DNA of 64,000 nucleotides. Source: Octopus sinensis (Eukaryota). The stretch spans positions 14,446,001 to 14,510,000 of the forward strand of contig NC_043002.1 in assembly GCF_006345805.1 (NCBI RefSeq). The letters run 5' to 3'. A program made the translations under genes and the position numbers. The notes beneath the pieces were generated by a model. It was not told where the DNA came from and did no database searches. It worked only from the letters and a program-made list of their open reading frames with translations. This document shows positions 22,462-35,385 of this stretch, one piece after another (within the stretch, counting starts at the first letter, position 1; every line of letters starts with the position of its first letter).

Positions 22462-25400
22462 CTAGTTTGTGAATCCACCTCTGATACGTGGCACTTGATC
22501 AACAAGGGAGTTCGATGCTGCTGCCCGCATCCGCGTCTCCTGTCGTGAGGTAGGTTCATCTGGGACTTCCAACAAGAAGAGATCCAGTTTAGTTTTAAAG
22601 AAACCCACATCCACACCATGTAAGTCTCTCAGGCATTTAGGGAGGATGTTGAAAAGCTGTGGTCCTCTGAAACCCAAGCTGTTGCAGTATCTGGACCTGT
22701 ATTTTGATGGTGATGTTGGAATCCTTGGCACCACGCAGCGGCGCCCCGTTCTGCGGTTGGAGTAACTTTGAATGCCAAAGTTTGGGATAAGACCCTCCAG
22801 GATTTTCCAGATGTATATTACTGCATATCTCTCCCGCCTCCGCTCCAGGGAGAAGAGGTTTAATACCTTCAGTCTTTCCCAGTAGCTGACATTTTGCATT
22901 GAGACGATTTTCTTTGTGTAGCTTCTCTGAGTTGCTTCGAGTTCTGCTGTTTGTTTTATATTGTGTGGTGACCAAAGTTGGGAGCAGTAGTCCAAGCGGC
23001 TGAGGACAAATGTTTTCCATAGGACCATCAGTGTCTCCTTCTCTCTTGTTCTGAAAGTTCGGAGAATCCATCCAGCTAGCCGTCTGCATTTTATCACCAG
23101 ATTAGCAATATGCATTTGGAAAGATGCATCATTGCTCATGTCAATGCCCAGGTCACGCACTGATTTTGACTCAGGGATTGCAATTCTTCCTGGGCCAGTG
23201 TATCCAGTCTTCACGTCATTTACCTTTGTGTGCCAGTAGCGCAGGGCCTGGAACTTACCTGCATTAAACTGCATGTTGTTGTCCTCACCCACCTGTATAT
23301 TGTGTCCAGCTCATGTTGCAGATGCGCAATATTTTCAGGGTCTGTATTGCGTGGGAGACCTTTGTGTCATCTGCATAGCTAGCAAGGGTGGTCATCGTAG
23401 CAACTGAAGGCATGTCTGAAAGGGCCACTATGAACATCAGTGGCCCCAAGACAGTGCCCTGTGGGACACCGCTTGTTATTTGCGTTTCCCTGGAGGTGGC
23501 TCCATTGCTCACAACTGCCTGTTTTCTCTGTCTTTTAGGAAGTTGTGCAGCCACTCTCCAAGTTTCCCGCCTATGCCGAGACCACGCAGTTTATGACAGA
23601 TCATACCATGGTCGACTTTATCAAAGGCTTTTGCAAAGTCAAGATATATTACATCCACATTTGAGCCATTTAGTAGCTGTTTCAACACCCAGTCATAGTG
23701 CTGCAGGAGCTGTGTTAGGCAGCCTCTACCTGGTCGAAATCCATGCTGGGTGTCAGACAGTAAGTCATTTTCTTCAAGAACATGATTAGTTTCTTACGGA
23801 CTATTCGTTCCATGACTTTGCTGATGTGTGAGGTCAGAGAGATAGGCCTATAATTTTTAGCATCTGCTCTGCTACCTCCCTTATGGATAGGGCATATTAC
23901 CCCCTCTTTCAGTTTGACTGGGAGCTTACCACTTGCAAGAAAGCTCTGAAAAAGAAGCTGTAGCGGTTTTGCAAGGGCTCGTTTGCACGATTTGAGAAGG
24001 ATCGCTGGGAATCCATCAGGTCCAGCAGCTGAGTTTGTGTCAATCTCATCAATGGCTAGTGTGATATCATCTTCTTCGATGTTGATGTACTCAATTTTTG
24101 TCTCTTTGGCCGCTGGTAAAGTGGCAAAGAATTCTTCTGGGTTGTTTACTTGCCTGTGTCCTAGAGGTGTAGTGAACACACTTTGGAACTGTTCGTTCAG
24201 TATTTCACTTATCCTCGTGGGATTTCCTGTGAGAGAGCCATCTTTTTGGAAGAGAGGTCCTATTCTCTGGTGCACTGTGGCTGTCTCTTTGGCAAACTTA
24301 AAGAAAGCTTTAGGGTTTGATTTTATATTTTCTATTACCCAAGCTTCTTTATCTGCTCTCTCCTTTTCATGGGACTGATGTAGACTTTTCTCAGTTTCCA
24401 TTAGCATTCTTTCGAGCCGAGACTTCTCACCACTTTTGGTGTGCTTGCTCAGGCGGTTTGCAATCCTTGTCCGTCGTCTCATAAGAATCCTCCTTTCTCT
24501 AGGGATCCTGTTTTTATTCTTGTGTGTGCTGGCCCTGCACATTGGGACATATTTGTCACATATGGCTTGTATTATGGACATGAAGTGTTTGTGTTTCATG
24601 TTTATGTCCGGTGTGGAGAGACATTCAGGCCAATCCTGTTTGAGGATCTCTTTCTCAATCGACTTCCAGTTGGCTTTATGAAAGTTTAAGTTGGAGAGAT
24701 GGTGGGTGCTTCGTATAGGCTGTGTGTCTGCGGGGGCTTTTGTTCCATACATAGACAGCTCTATTATGTTGTGATCCGAGATCATTGTCGGCATCACATT
24801 AACATTATGGATAATATCCATATTGTTTGTAAAGCAGAGATCCAGTATATTATCTGCCCTTGTTGGTTGCAGAACTATTTGCTCCATGAAAGAGGTATTT
24901 GTGAGATGGAGCAGGGACTCCACCTGTGCCTGCTGATGGTGTGTCATCCCTGGGAGCATCTGCCCCCCAGGCCATTCCACATTGGGGAGGTTAAAGTCAC
25001 CCATGAAGAATACACTGTTGTGCTGTTCAAGGTTGGTGAGGACTTCTCCTATTTTTGTTAGGCAGTCTTCAAACATGCCTGAGTGTTTTGGGGCGTCTGG
25101 TGGGCGATATGTAGTGCATATGACGATATTCAGTTGTCTTATGTGTACAATTTGAGTTTCACATACTGAGTTTGAATATGACAGCAGGACCTGGGGCGTG
25201 AGGTCATCTCGGATGTACATTGCAACTCCACCATGGCTCCTCCCTTTTCTATCTGTGCGTATGACTGCATATTGCGGCATGTGTATTTCTGCATCACCTA
25301 TATCGGGTTCAAGATGCGTTTCTGTGAGTGCCATGCATATAGCTTGATTGCATGTCACAAGGTCTCTCAGGAATGAAATTTTCTTTTTACAGTTTCCGCG

Positions 25401-25472
25401 CAGCAGCCCTCCTACATTCAGTAGAAATATTTTTGTGGTGTGTGTGTTGGTGTTGGTGTCTGTGGTGGCCAT
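22462..25472 (-). CDS. LINE ORF2: AP endonuclease plus reverse transcriptase, about 4 frameshifts between 23780 and 23285
   Basis: LLNVGGL, LTETHL, YRPP, GDFNLP, NILDL, SDHN (APE); YRPISLTS, QHGFR, DFAKAFDKVDH, GVPQGTVLGPLMF, YADD (RT); CR1-type C-terminus YCSQLWSPH...SLERRRERY...GPQLFN. Confidence 0.9.
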
Positions 25473-26318
25473 CCTGCATCTGTTGGAGGTGGCCTTATGT
25501 GGTGGTAGTTCCAGCTTTGTGCTTGTAGCCAGGTCAGCTGCTGAACAATTTTTTGTGCCATGCACAAAAAAGACTGCTGTTCAGCTGCCGCCTTTCTCAC
25601 ATCTGGGTGAAGCTGGCCACCTGTTGGGTTCCGCGCACCACATCTGCATACCGTCTTTCAGTAGTGGTCAGTGCGCTTTTTTCCTTCTTTTAACTTTTTG
25701 TTTTTGTTTTTGTTCTCCCTGAGGGAGGGACCTCTGTCTCGCGTCCGTGCGGTTTTGGTAGGGCCTCCGATGTGCAAAGCGACAGTTTGCACCTTCAACG
25801 CCGTACCAGCAGTCCCCCCTCAGGTAGAATTTGCAGGTGTTTCTTTCCCTGCCCTTACAGTTTTTGCTGGGGTCCCTCTGCTTTCTCTGGACAGGGCTTC
25901 CTTTAGCCTTGATTCTGTCACCCTTTACCTCCTGCTTCCCATCAATTCCAGGGTGCCTTTCCTTTCTTGCGGCCATCGCACCTCTTTGGTCTTCAGTTGT
26001 GGTGTTGGAAGCTGGACATGTGTCATCGTTTCCCTTTGTTCCAGGCTTCTCCATTTGGCTCTGGATGCTTTCCTCATCCTTTTGGCCCTCCCTGCTGCCG
26101 TCACCTCCCAGGATGATGTCCAGGGTGTCCATATGTTGCCTGATTAGAGCGTACGAACGGATAACTTCTCTCTTCTTTCGCTCTATCTGGGCGGTGGTTC
26201 TCGAAAAATTGTTGCTTTTCAGCGCCGCAGCAATAATTTCGTTCGGCGAGTCGTCCTCAGCGATCTTCCAAGCGCGGACGAACAATTGCACCTCTCTCGC
26301 AGACCAGTTTCTTGCCAT
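25418..26318 (-). CDS. LINE ORF1 (Myb/SANT-like N-terminus, CCCH zinc finger); track ORF ends at 25668, probable frameshifted continuation to 25418
   Basis: 216-aa ORF directly upstream of ORF2; CKFYLRGDCWYGVEGANCRFAH; downstream frames read RYADVVRG...AEQQSFLCMAQKIVQQL. Confidence 0.7.
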
Positions 26319-26319
26319 T

Positions 26320-27300
26320 TTCTTCTAGTATAGGAAATATAGGAACAGAGAGAGAGATAGAGAAGGAGAGATATGGAGAGGGAGAAGAGAAAGGAGAAAA
26401 GCCAGGGGGGGATAGAGAGAGAGACGAGGGGATTTTCCTGAGAGAAGAGAGAAAGAGAGAAAATAAGAGGGAAAAAGAGAAAGGTGAGAGAATGGCAGGT
26501 CAGCAGGGGGAGAGTGAGCGGGATAGAGGTGTAGTAGAAAGGGACAGGGTGGAAAAGTGAGACAAGAGGGTGGACCCTAGGGGGGGCAGGGAGAAGAAAG
26601 GCGGAGAGATAAAATGGAGAGAGAGAGATGAAATGGAGAGGGAGAGAGAGAGAGGGCAGGATAGAGGTAGACCAGGGATGAAGTAAAGGGACAGAGAGGG
26701 TGGTGTGGAGGAAGGAGACAGAGAGAGGAAAAAATGGAGAGGAAGAGAGAGATGAAATGGAGAGGGAGAGAGAGAGAGGGCAGGATAGAGGTACCAGGGA
26801 GTGAAGTAAAGGGACAGAGAGGGTGGTGTGGAGGAAGGAGACAGAGAGAGGAAAAAAGAGACAGGGGGGTGGTGAGCCTTAGAGGGAACAGGGAGAGGAA
26901 AGGTAGGAAGAAAAAAGGGGGGAAGAGGAAGAGAGGGGGCGCAACAGAGTGTAGTAAAGGGACAGGGAGGGTGGTGTAGAGAAAGAAATAAGGGGACAGA
27001 AGGGGAAGAGGAAAAGGGGTTTGACCTGTGAAGGAGCGGAGAGGAAAGAGGCAGAGAGAGGGAGGGGGAGTAACAGAGAGAGAGAGAGAAAGAGGGCGGT
27101 ATATAGATACAAGAGAGAATGAGTGAAGTTGAGGAACTGAGAGAGGGGGTGAGGTGAGAGAAAGTTGATCTGAGAGAGATGCAGAAAGAGAAACGATTGC
27201 AGAGGGAGAGAGAGGGAGGAGGGGAGAGTGAGAGCGGAAATAGAGGGTCTGGTGGATGGGGAGACAGATAAGGTATAAACAGTATGAGAGAGATAGAAAT
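26320..27300. repeat. GA-rich low-complexity tract (probable LINE 5' UTR) with an internal repeat of about 120 bp
   Basis: About 26620-26733 repeated at about 26746-26856. Confidence 0.6.
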
Positions 27301-27575
27301 AGAAATGTAAGAAAGAGAGGGAGAGATTATAAAGATAGAATAGCGCGTATTTTATATCTTTTTAATTATTATTTTCTGTTTGAAAGAACACTAATGATAA
27401 CAAATAATAAAAATGTATGAGAAAGATAGAAATAGAAATGTAAAAAAGAGAAAGAGAGTGCGTGGCAGGCACGAAATTATAAAGATTATAAAGATAGAAT
27501 ACCGCGTATTTTTATATTTTTATATCTTTTTTGTTTTTTAATTATTTTCTGTTTGAAAGAACACTAATGATAACA
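27288..27575. repeat. Local imperfect tandem duplication
   Basis: GATAGAAATAGAAATGTAA...TTTCTGTTTGAAAGAACACTAATGATAACA occurs twice. Confidence 0.75.
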
Positions 27576-29097
27576 AGATATATAATATCTTACCTTACCG
27601 GCTGACAGAGAGTACTTACGTGATTCCTTTTTATAAGAAAGGAAGATAGATAGACAAGACAGACCTTTTATTCCTTTTATTCCCCAAGCGCACTTTGTAA
27701 ACAAAAGGGGTTTGAGTTTCGATTTAGCACATGCAACAGTTTCACGATACTTTCTATATTTTCCTAAGCGATTTGGTATTAAGCAGCAAATTTTTCAGAG
27801 GCTTTTTTCAGAACACGCAGATATACATCAAAACGAAAATATCCTTCTCAAAAATACTGTGTCTTGTTGATTCACAGACGAAGAATAAAATTCACTTCGA
27901 TTTCGGGAAGTAACACACGTGCGTTTTAAACGTGTATTCGCGAGTATGTTCTAGTTGCAAATACTACATCAAAAGCGAAAATATTCTTCTCAAATACAGT
28001 GACTTGTTGTACTTTCACTCATATTCGCTTTGCAGACAATTTCGCTTCTGATAACATCGATCTCTGGAAGCTTCTTTAATATTGGAGGAGACACACGTTA
28101 CACACTTGTTGTTAGTTCAGCGCCATCTTGTATATATATATATATATATATATATAGTATATATATTTATTTATATATTCATATATATATATATATATAT
28201 AATATTAATAATATAAGGGTAAATAATTAATATTTAAAAAAAACAACAATTATTTCCGGGTAGATTTCGTTATGGAATATAACCATTGTCGGTAGGAACT
28301 TTTTAAAATAAGTTACATATATATAATATATATATATATATTATATATATATCAAAAGGGCAAGCAACAGTTTGATTAACCACATAGCGAAAAATTAGTA
28401 ATAGCAGTCAAGACCGCTTATTTCTATTTTCTATAAGTATAACTCCCACAACAACATATACATGTGACTCACTTATGTAAAACAGAAGGAAAAATATATA
28501 TATATATATACGTGTTTTTTTCTATACGATATTATATAAATGTGTAATGGATATATATTATATATATATATTATAATATATATATATATATATATATTTA
28601 TAAGATAAATATCATAATATATATATCTCAATACACCGGCCGATAAGTATTTTTTACCAACACTTACAAGTATAATGGAAAAATGAATCTGAAAATGGAC
28701 TCAGTATCCGTAGGAATATTTGTATTTACTTAATTAGTTTCACGATTTTATAAGTTTCCAAAGCAGTGTGGATTTGAGAGTAACATTACGTATTTGTTTC
28801 AATTCTATTTTTCAGTCGCTGTTCAATACTTAAGGCTCAGTCCAGTGTATGTTTGTTTTGTTTTTTATATGTGAACATATTATCTGATGCGATCCTCTTG
28901 TTATTCGACGTATTGCTTACGACGTGATGCATCTATTTTCTATTTTATGTATGTTAGCTCTTGTTTATTTCATATGTAATTTCTAAACAAACTTAATTGC
29001 TAATTGCCCTTATGGATGTTAAAACCTTTTGTCGAATTCCATTGCATAAGATTTTGAAAATCACTCTGGTATTTTAGCAAAAGAAAGATGTTGGGTA

Positions 29098-29316
29098 AAA
29101 GGTCCGTTTATTGTCTTTAAGATCCGCTTATAGTCTTTAAGGTCCGTTATAGTCTTTAAGGTCCGCTTATTGTCTTTAAAAAATTCACAATTAGGAAATA
29201 ATTAACTACACATCTGTCAATTATACTGCTATTGCACGTTCCGTGGTGTTTTAAAATATTTAATTATACGTTTTCGATAATTGGATGTATTAGAACAAAA
29301 AGAAATGGGCAAAAAA
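29098..29316 (+). repeat. Four tandem 20-mers followed by an inverted copy of 22081-22232
   Basis: (GGTCCGCTTATTGTCTTTAA)x4-like array. Confidence 0.85.
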
Positions 29317-29466
29317 TGGAAATTTGCTCACATCTTTGCCTCAAATACATGTAGTTGTCTTACAGCATCCGGTCTTGTATTAGATTGCGCATATCTTACC
29401 TAAGAATAGTGAGTATCTTTAGGTATAATTCGTTCCTCTGTAATTGCGTTTTCGACTGTTAAATAT

Positions 29467-29678
29467 TCTTTTATTCTTTTACTTGTTTCAGTCCTTTAAC
29501 TGCGGCCATGCTGCAGCACTGCCTTTAGTCGACCAAATCGACCCAAGGACTTATTCTTTGTAAGCTTAGTACTTTTTCTGTCGGTCACTTTTGCCGAAAC
29601 GCTAGGCTATGGGGACGTAAACACATAGCGAAGTTGTGGGGGAAAAACACAAACACATACACACAAACGCGCACACAC

Positions 29679-29740
<62 letters not shown>

Positions 29741-29895
29741 CGCGGGATTCTTTCAGTTTTCGTCCGCCAAATCTACTTACAAGGCTTTGGTCGGCCCTAG
29801 GCTATAGTAGAAGGCACTTACCCAAGGTTCCACACAGTGGGACTGAACCTGGAACCATGGAGTTGTTAAGCAAGCTGCTTATCACACAGCCACTA
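29467..29895 (-). mobile_element. SINE family A, full length
   Basis: Matches the family consensus. Confidence 0.88.
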
Positions 29896-30129
29896 TGGCT
29901 TTAGTTAAATTATTTGACGAAGACAGATTTTCTTACAGGCAAGATACGTTTTGATTTACATATAAGATATGTGTCTTCTATATTGTTGATATAACTCTGA
30001 AGAGAAGTTAACCGCAATTTTTTAGTCTTAGAATTGCGTTTGTAACGAGTAATTTGAGGCAATTAAGTAATCATTTTAAGATTCTGATTGTCTTTTACTT
30101 TTCATTATTTAGTATATTCCGAGTAGCTT

Positions 30130-30560
30130 TCTCATTCGTAGCACTTGAGACTCAGTACTAGAATATTTTAATGGATATGTTTCTCTGTTTCATGGATCGT
30201 GTATTGCCATTTAAGTTTGAGTATTTGGTGTCGTCGAATTCTTTCCCGTCTTTCATTATTCTTGAGTAGACAATGCTTTGGCACGTTCCGTTCCGTTATC
30301 AGTTTGCATTGTTCGGTATTATCCATTAAGTAGTTCTTCATGTTTCACTTTTTTTCTGTTAAACTCTTTTACCCAGTTCAACAGCTGAAAATATTTGATC
30401 ATATTCTTCGTTCTGGTTTGAAATGCCTATTTGTTTTGGTGTCTTATGTGCGGTATCAGGCATACTGCAACTTTGTTTAGAGCCTGTCCTTTTTGTTGTG
30501 GACGTTGATTTTGTGGATTTTGATGATTACCGTATCCAAAAAGAGAAGTCGATCATGACC
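30130..30560 (-). pseudogene. Highly degenerate PLE RT remnant (motif 7/thumb)
   Basis: LLFLDTVIIK and TKTNRHFKPERRI resemble PLE LPFLDxxIxK and TKxNIPFxLARRI. Confidence 0.4.
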
Positions 30561-30767
30561 GTACACAATTCAAATATGTATGTTGCTTGTTTTATGCGAT
30601 TATAAAATTGAAATCATTACGCTCTACTAGAGCAGAGATGCACAGAATGAGGCAACAAACCAATAACACTTTAAGTTTTCGGGTATATGGTGATAGAAGC
30701 CAATGGTTTATTGTAGTCCAAAAGTCTATTTGCTCCTATATCGACATAAACCATGACTATGAGGGGG

Positions 30768-31198
30768 TGCTGGAAAGTTCATGCCTTTGGGTAAATGAGT
30801 ATACTGAAGTAAGAACCAATTATGATTTTATTCAGAATGTTTCCCTCTCAGATTGACACGCTTATTCTCTTTCTGCTTTAGGCACAAGGCCCGAAATTGT
30901 GGCGTGGGGCGGCAGTCGATTAGATCGACATCAGTACGCAACTGGTACTTACTTTATCGACCTCCAACAGATGAAAGGCAAAGTCGACCTCGGCGAAATT
31001 TGAACTCAGAGCGTAAAGAACGCTAAGCATTTCGCCCAGCGTGCTAACGATTCTGCCAGATCACCGCCTTAGATTCACACACTTATTGCATCGATCTTTC
31101 CGTTTATTTAAGCTCTGTAAAAGAACTTAGCAGGTTAGACCTTCAACCAGGTCTTTCGCAATATCTTCAGGGCCAGGAACGTTTCAGCACATAAAGTA
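30768..31198. mobile_element. Mariner-type MITE interrupted by SINE B
   Basis: TIRs GTGCTGGAAAGTTCATGCC / GGCCAGGAACGTTTCAGCAC. Confidence 0.65.
30867..31070 (-). mobile_element. SINE family B variant with 17-bp TSD
   Basis: AGATTGACACGCTTATT (30850-30866) vs AGATTCACACACTTATT (31071-31087). Confidence 0.85.
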
Positions 31199-32054
31199 TA
31201 ATTGTATCAGATCATAAAATAATGTGTTTAAGAAAATTACGCGAGGCCAGTTAGCTGGTCTAAATTAGCTCACACAAAGTCTAACATAAGATTCATAATG
31301 TCTTTCAAAATTATGATTACAAAAAATTAAAACCAACTGCAGCGGGACCGAGCGGTAAATTTCACATGTTGATTTTTCTGCAGTGCTTACACATTTCGAA
31401 GTCCATTCCTTAAACTGGATAATGTTCTCTTCTGATGCCATTTGAGGAGTCTGGGCAGATTGCTGTTTCATTAAGCAGTTCAAAAAGCAGTTAAAAAAAA
31501 TTTCCCACGTGAATGTATGAAGGGGCTGAGATTATTATAATATCTTATATATTTTAGCTTTACCTATTGAGTTATCACATCAACATATTTCGAAGAGAAT
31601 GCTACGTTTCTACACTCTCATAGCTAAAAAAACCAAATCCCTTACTAATACGCAGAACTGTGTATGTATGTCCGTGTGTAAGTATATATGTGTGTATGCG
31701 TGTATGTATATATGTGTATATATATGTATATGTGTGCACATATATATGTATATGTGTGTGCGTGTGTATGCGAGCATGTGTTTGCGCGTACATATACGTA
31801 TTTATATATGTGTATTTTATACATATACTTATAAAAATTACATTTCTATTTATTGGCGTTTATAATTTTGAGGTGTTTGGTGTATGTACATGTAAATACA
31901 CTATTTACCTCAAATATATGAGTATGTATGTGTGTGTGTGTGTGTGAATACATACATCTATGCATGCATACATAAATACACATACTTTTTATGCATGTTT
32001 TATTGTATAAACTGCTATTCGTTTGTATTATGAATATAAATATTCACACACACT

Positions 32055-32086
<32 letters not shown>

Positions 32087-32099
32087 TAGATAGGTAGAG

Positions 32100-32160
<61 letters not shown>

Positions 32161-32789
32161 CATGGATAAATAATGCAATGATTTATTTATATAACACACA
32201 GAGAAACGAATAATGAATGCAAGCTATCAAAAATTTTAATTCCATATTACACATAGTATTCTTCACAAAAAGAGTTATTAAGCATAGTTCCACATCCGTT
32301 ACATGATAACAGAAGCGACTTCACATTATACATATCGAAAGTCACGAAAAACATATAGATTGTATGAGATGTAGTCTTCCTTCTCCTTTCATTCTGCATG
32401 CTTTACAAATTTTTAATGCGTCTATTATTTAAGTAATATGTCATTCATGTTAAGGGACATGGTGGCTTAAATAGCACCAGGCAAATAGTTGAATATAGCT
32501 TAGTTATATATAAGCGAATAGAAGAAAATCGAAAGCGAATAAATAGAAGATGGAAAAATATGCTGAATAAAAGTAAACAGCTGATTCCAATAATATCTAG
32601 CATGTATCTATGTGTCATTATTTAAGGGCAAAATGCGACAGTGAGGAAACTACATGATATATTTAAGAAGGAAGGTGTGATATTTGAAACCACATATTAA
32701 ACAAGTTCAACACACAGACATATGCACGCACACACACACAATCACACACACACGCACATACAGATATACATGTATATATATACATATTT

Positions 32790-33001
32790 CTTTACTACCC
32801 ACAGAGAGGACAAACAAGGACAGACAAACGGATTAAATCGATTATATCGACTCCAGTGCATAACTGGTACTTATTTAATCGACCCCTAAAGGATGAAAGG
32901 CAAAGTCGACCTCGGCGGAATTTGAACTCAGAACGTAGCGGCAGACGAAATATCGCTAAGCATTGTGTCCAGTGTGCTAACGATTCTGCCAGCTGGCCGC
33001 C
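32790..33001 (-). mobile_element. SINE family B
   Basis: Matches the family consensus. Confidence 0.9.
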
Positions 33002-33679
33002 TACATGTATACATATATACATACATGCATATTTATATATATGAATCCCCCCTACACACATATGTTCATATATTTATATAATACATGCACATATACACGC
33101 ATATACATATATACATTCATGTGTATAGCTGTGTATATATGTATTTTTATATATTTATATATATATATATGTACATGGATACATGTTTTGAATTTTATAT
33201 GAGTGTAAGGTTTTCGTATTCCTTCTGTGTCTATGTAAGTTCTGTGTATTTCAGTGTTAAGTGTGTGCATGTACTTGTGAGTGCGCGCTCAAAATTTAAT
33301 AAACTATGGACTTTGTAACACAACAATAAAACTGGTAGTGCATAAGATACAATTAAATATAAATAAAACCATTGTCAATATTAGGCTGAAGAAAATAACT
33401 AGATGTGCCATCATTTAACCAATATGTAAGACCCAGGCTATAAAATACAATGCTTCTATTGAAATTTTTGAAATCGATAAGATTGTGAATACATTGGTAT
33501 ACAAATGATAATTATTTGCTACTACAAAGGAGAAATTGTGGTTTTATTGAATGGGATATATATTGAAAAAAACTTCTGCAATGTGCAAATGACATAAACG
33601 AGACACTTTCGATCAATACAGGTATTATATTCGATAAATATCTATAAAAATTGTACACACTCACTCATACACATATACA

Positions 33680-33834
33680 TGCACGTACATACGTTCACAT
33701 ACACATAAGCACTCAAGTTATATAAATATATACATACATACATACATACATTCATAAATATCTCTCTCTCTCTATATATATATATATATGTATATATATT
33801 GTCTGTGTGTTTATATATACGTAGATATATACAC

Positions 33835-33876
<42 letters not shown>

Positions 33877-33905
33877 TATATACATACATACATATATATA
33901 GATAT

Positions 33906-33955
<50 letters not shown>

Positions 33956-34020
33956 ATTATATATATATATATATATTATATATATATATATTTATATATA
34001 TATATATATATATACATACG
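33680..34020. repeat. (TA)n-rich microsatellite
   Basis: Read directly. Confidence 0.95.
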
Positions 34021-34490
34021 CTGGTGAATATGTAAAAGAAATATATTTAAATAGAAGCGTGGCTATTAGTAGACCAAATAACTGCGAACATTTTGGAAAT
34101 GAATGAATAAGAATTGGACGAAAACAAAATATGTTTTGATACGGAGGAAACCAAACGGCGTGTAAAGTTTGAATGATTATATCGAGAATTTATTATGTTT
34201 CGAACACAATAACTCTTAGTGCTTATGAATGTATGAAATACGTGTTGAAATTATATAACAGTGACAGAGTATTTCGGTCATCGTGGCGAATACCTTGAGG
34301 TTTTCCTTCTAATTATATAAATAACAACTCAACCGAAATCAACTTCCACGTTTATCATGCTCTCTTTTCACAAGCATTCGTTCTGAAGCCTGTACACCCA
34401 CAGCCAAATTTCTCTGCCCCATTCTCCTCTCTTTAACACACACACACAAACACACGCACGCACACACTCTCACTGACACACATGTATATA

Positions 34491-34672
34491 TGCGACTGTG
34501 TGGGAAGAAGTTTGTGTTCTATCCACATAGTTGCGGGGTGAGTCCCTTGGTGTGTCACCTTCGACAGGTTTTTCTCTTACAATCTTAAGTAGACCAAATC
34601 CTAGTACGTGGATTTGGTAGAGGGAAATTGAAAGAAGTCCACACTATGCCCGCATTCTAATGACTGAAACAA
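34491..34672 (+). mobile_element. Old, degenerate SINE family A
   Basis: GACTGTGTGG...GTGGATTTGGTAGAGGGAAATTGAAAGAAGTCC...AATGACTGAAACAA. Confidence 0.6.
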
Positions 34673-34779
34673 TGGATTGAGAAAATATATAATCTATCAA
34701 TCTTTCTATCTATCTATCTATCCATCTATCTATGTCTATCTGCCTACTTACCTACCTACCTACCTACCTACATACCTAT

Positions 34780-34981
34780 TTCTTTATTACCCACAAGGGG
34801 CTAAACACAGAGGGAACAAACAAGGACAGACAAAGGGATTAAGTCGATTACATCAGCCCAGTGCGAAACTGGTACTTTATTTATCGACCCCGAAAGGATG
34901 AAAGGCAAAGTCGACCTCGGCGGAATTTGAACTCACAACATAACGGCAGACGGCGTGCTAACGTTTCTGCCATCTCGCCGC
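34780..34981 (-). mobile_element. SINE family B
   Basis: Matches the family consensus. Confidence 0.88.
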
Positions 34982-35140
34982 CTACCTACCTATCTGTCAC
35001 CTACCTACCTGTCTGTTAGTCTGTCTGTTTATCAATCAATCTATCTATCTACCTATCTCTCTCTCTCTCTCTCTCTATCTATCAATCTATCCATCTATCT
35101 ACCTACCTATCTATCCATCTCTCTATCTATCTATCTATCC

Positions 35141-35224
<84 letters not shown>

Positions 35225-35385
35225 GTGTCTATACACCTTACCTATTTACCTATTTACTTACCTACCGACATACCCACCTACGAACTGACTGTCAGTCTGT
35301 CTATCTATCTATTTATCTATCGATCGGTCTATCGATTTGCTTATTTATCTATTTATCTATCCATCTATCTATCTATATTCATGTT
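34982..35385. repeat. (CTAT)n/(CCTA)n microsatellite
   Basis: Read directly. Confidence 0.95.

Larger units (their letters stand above)
22390..26318 (-). mobile_element. CR1-clade LINE, near full length (ORF1 to 3' tail)
   Basis: ORF1, APE-RT ORF2, short 3' UTR and (TTTAAGGA)2 tail at 22390-22405; the 5' end was not resolved. Confidence 0.92.

Noticed and set aside
23388-26147. Plus-strand ORFs over the LINE
   Set aside because: Antisense shadows of ORF1/ORF2.
28250-28300. HHR-like CCGACAA...GAAA on the minus strand
   Set aside because: G8 is lost, extra bases precede stem II, and stem I does not pair next to the core; at most a very decayed copy.
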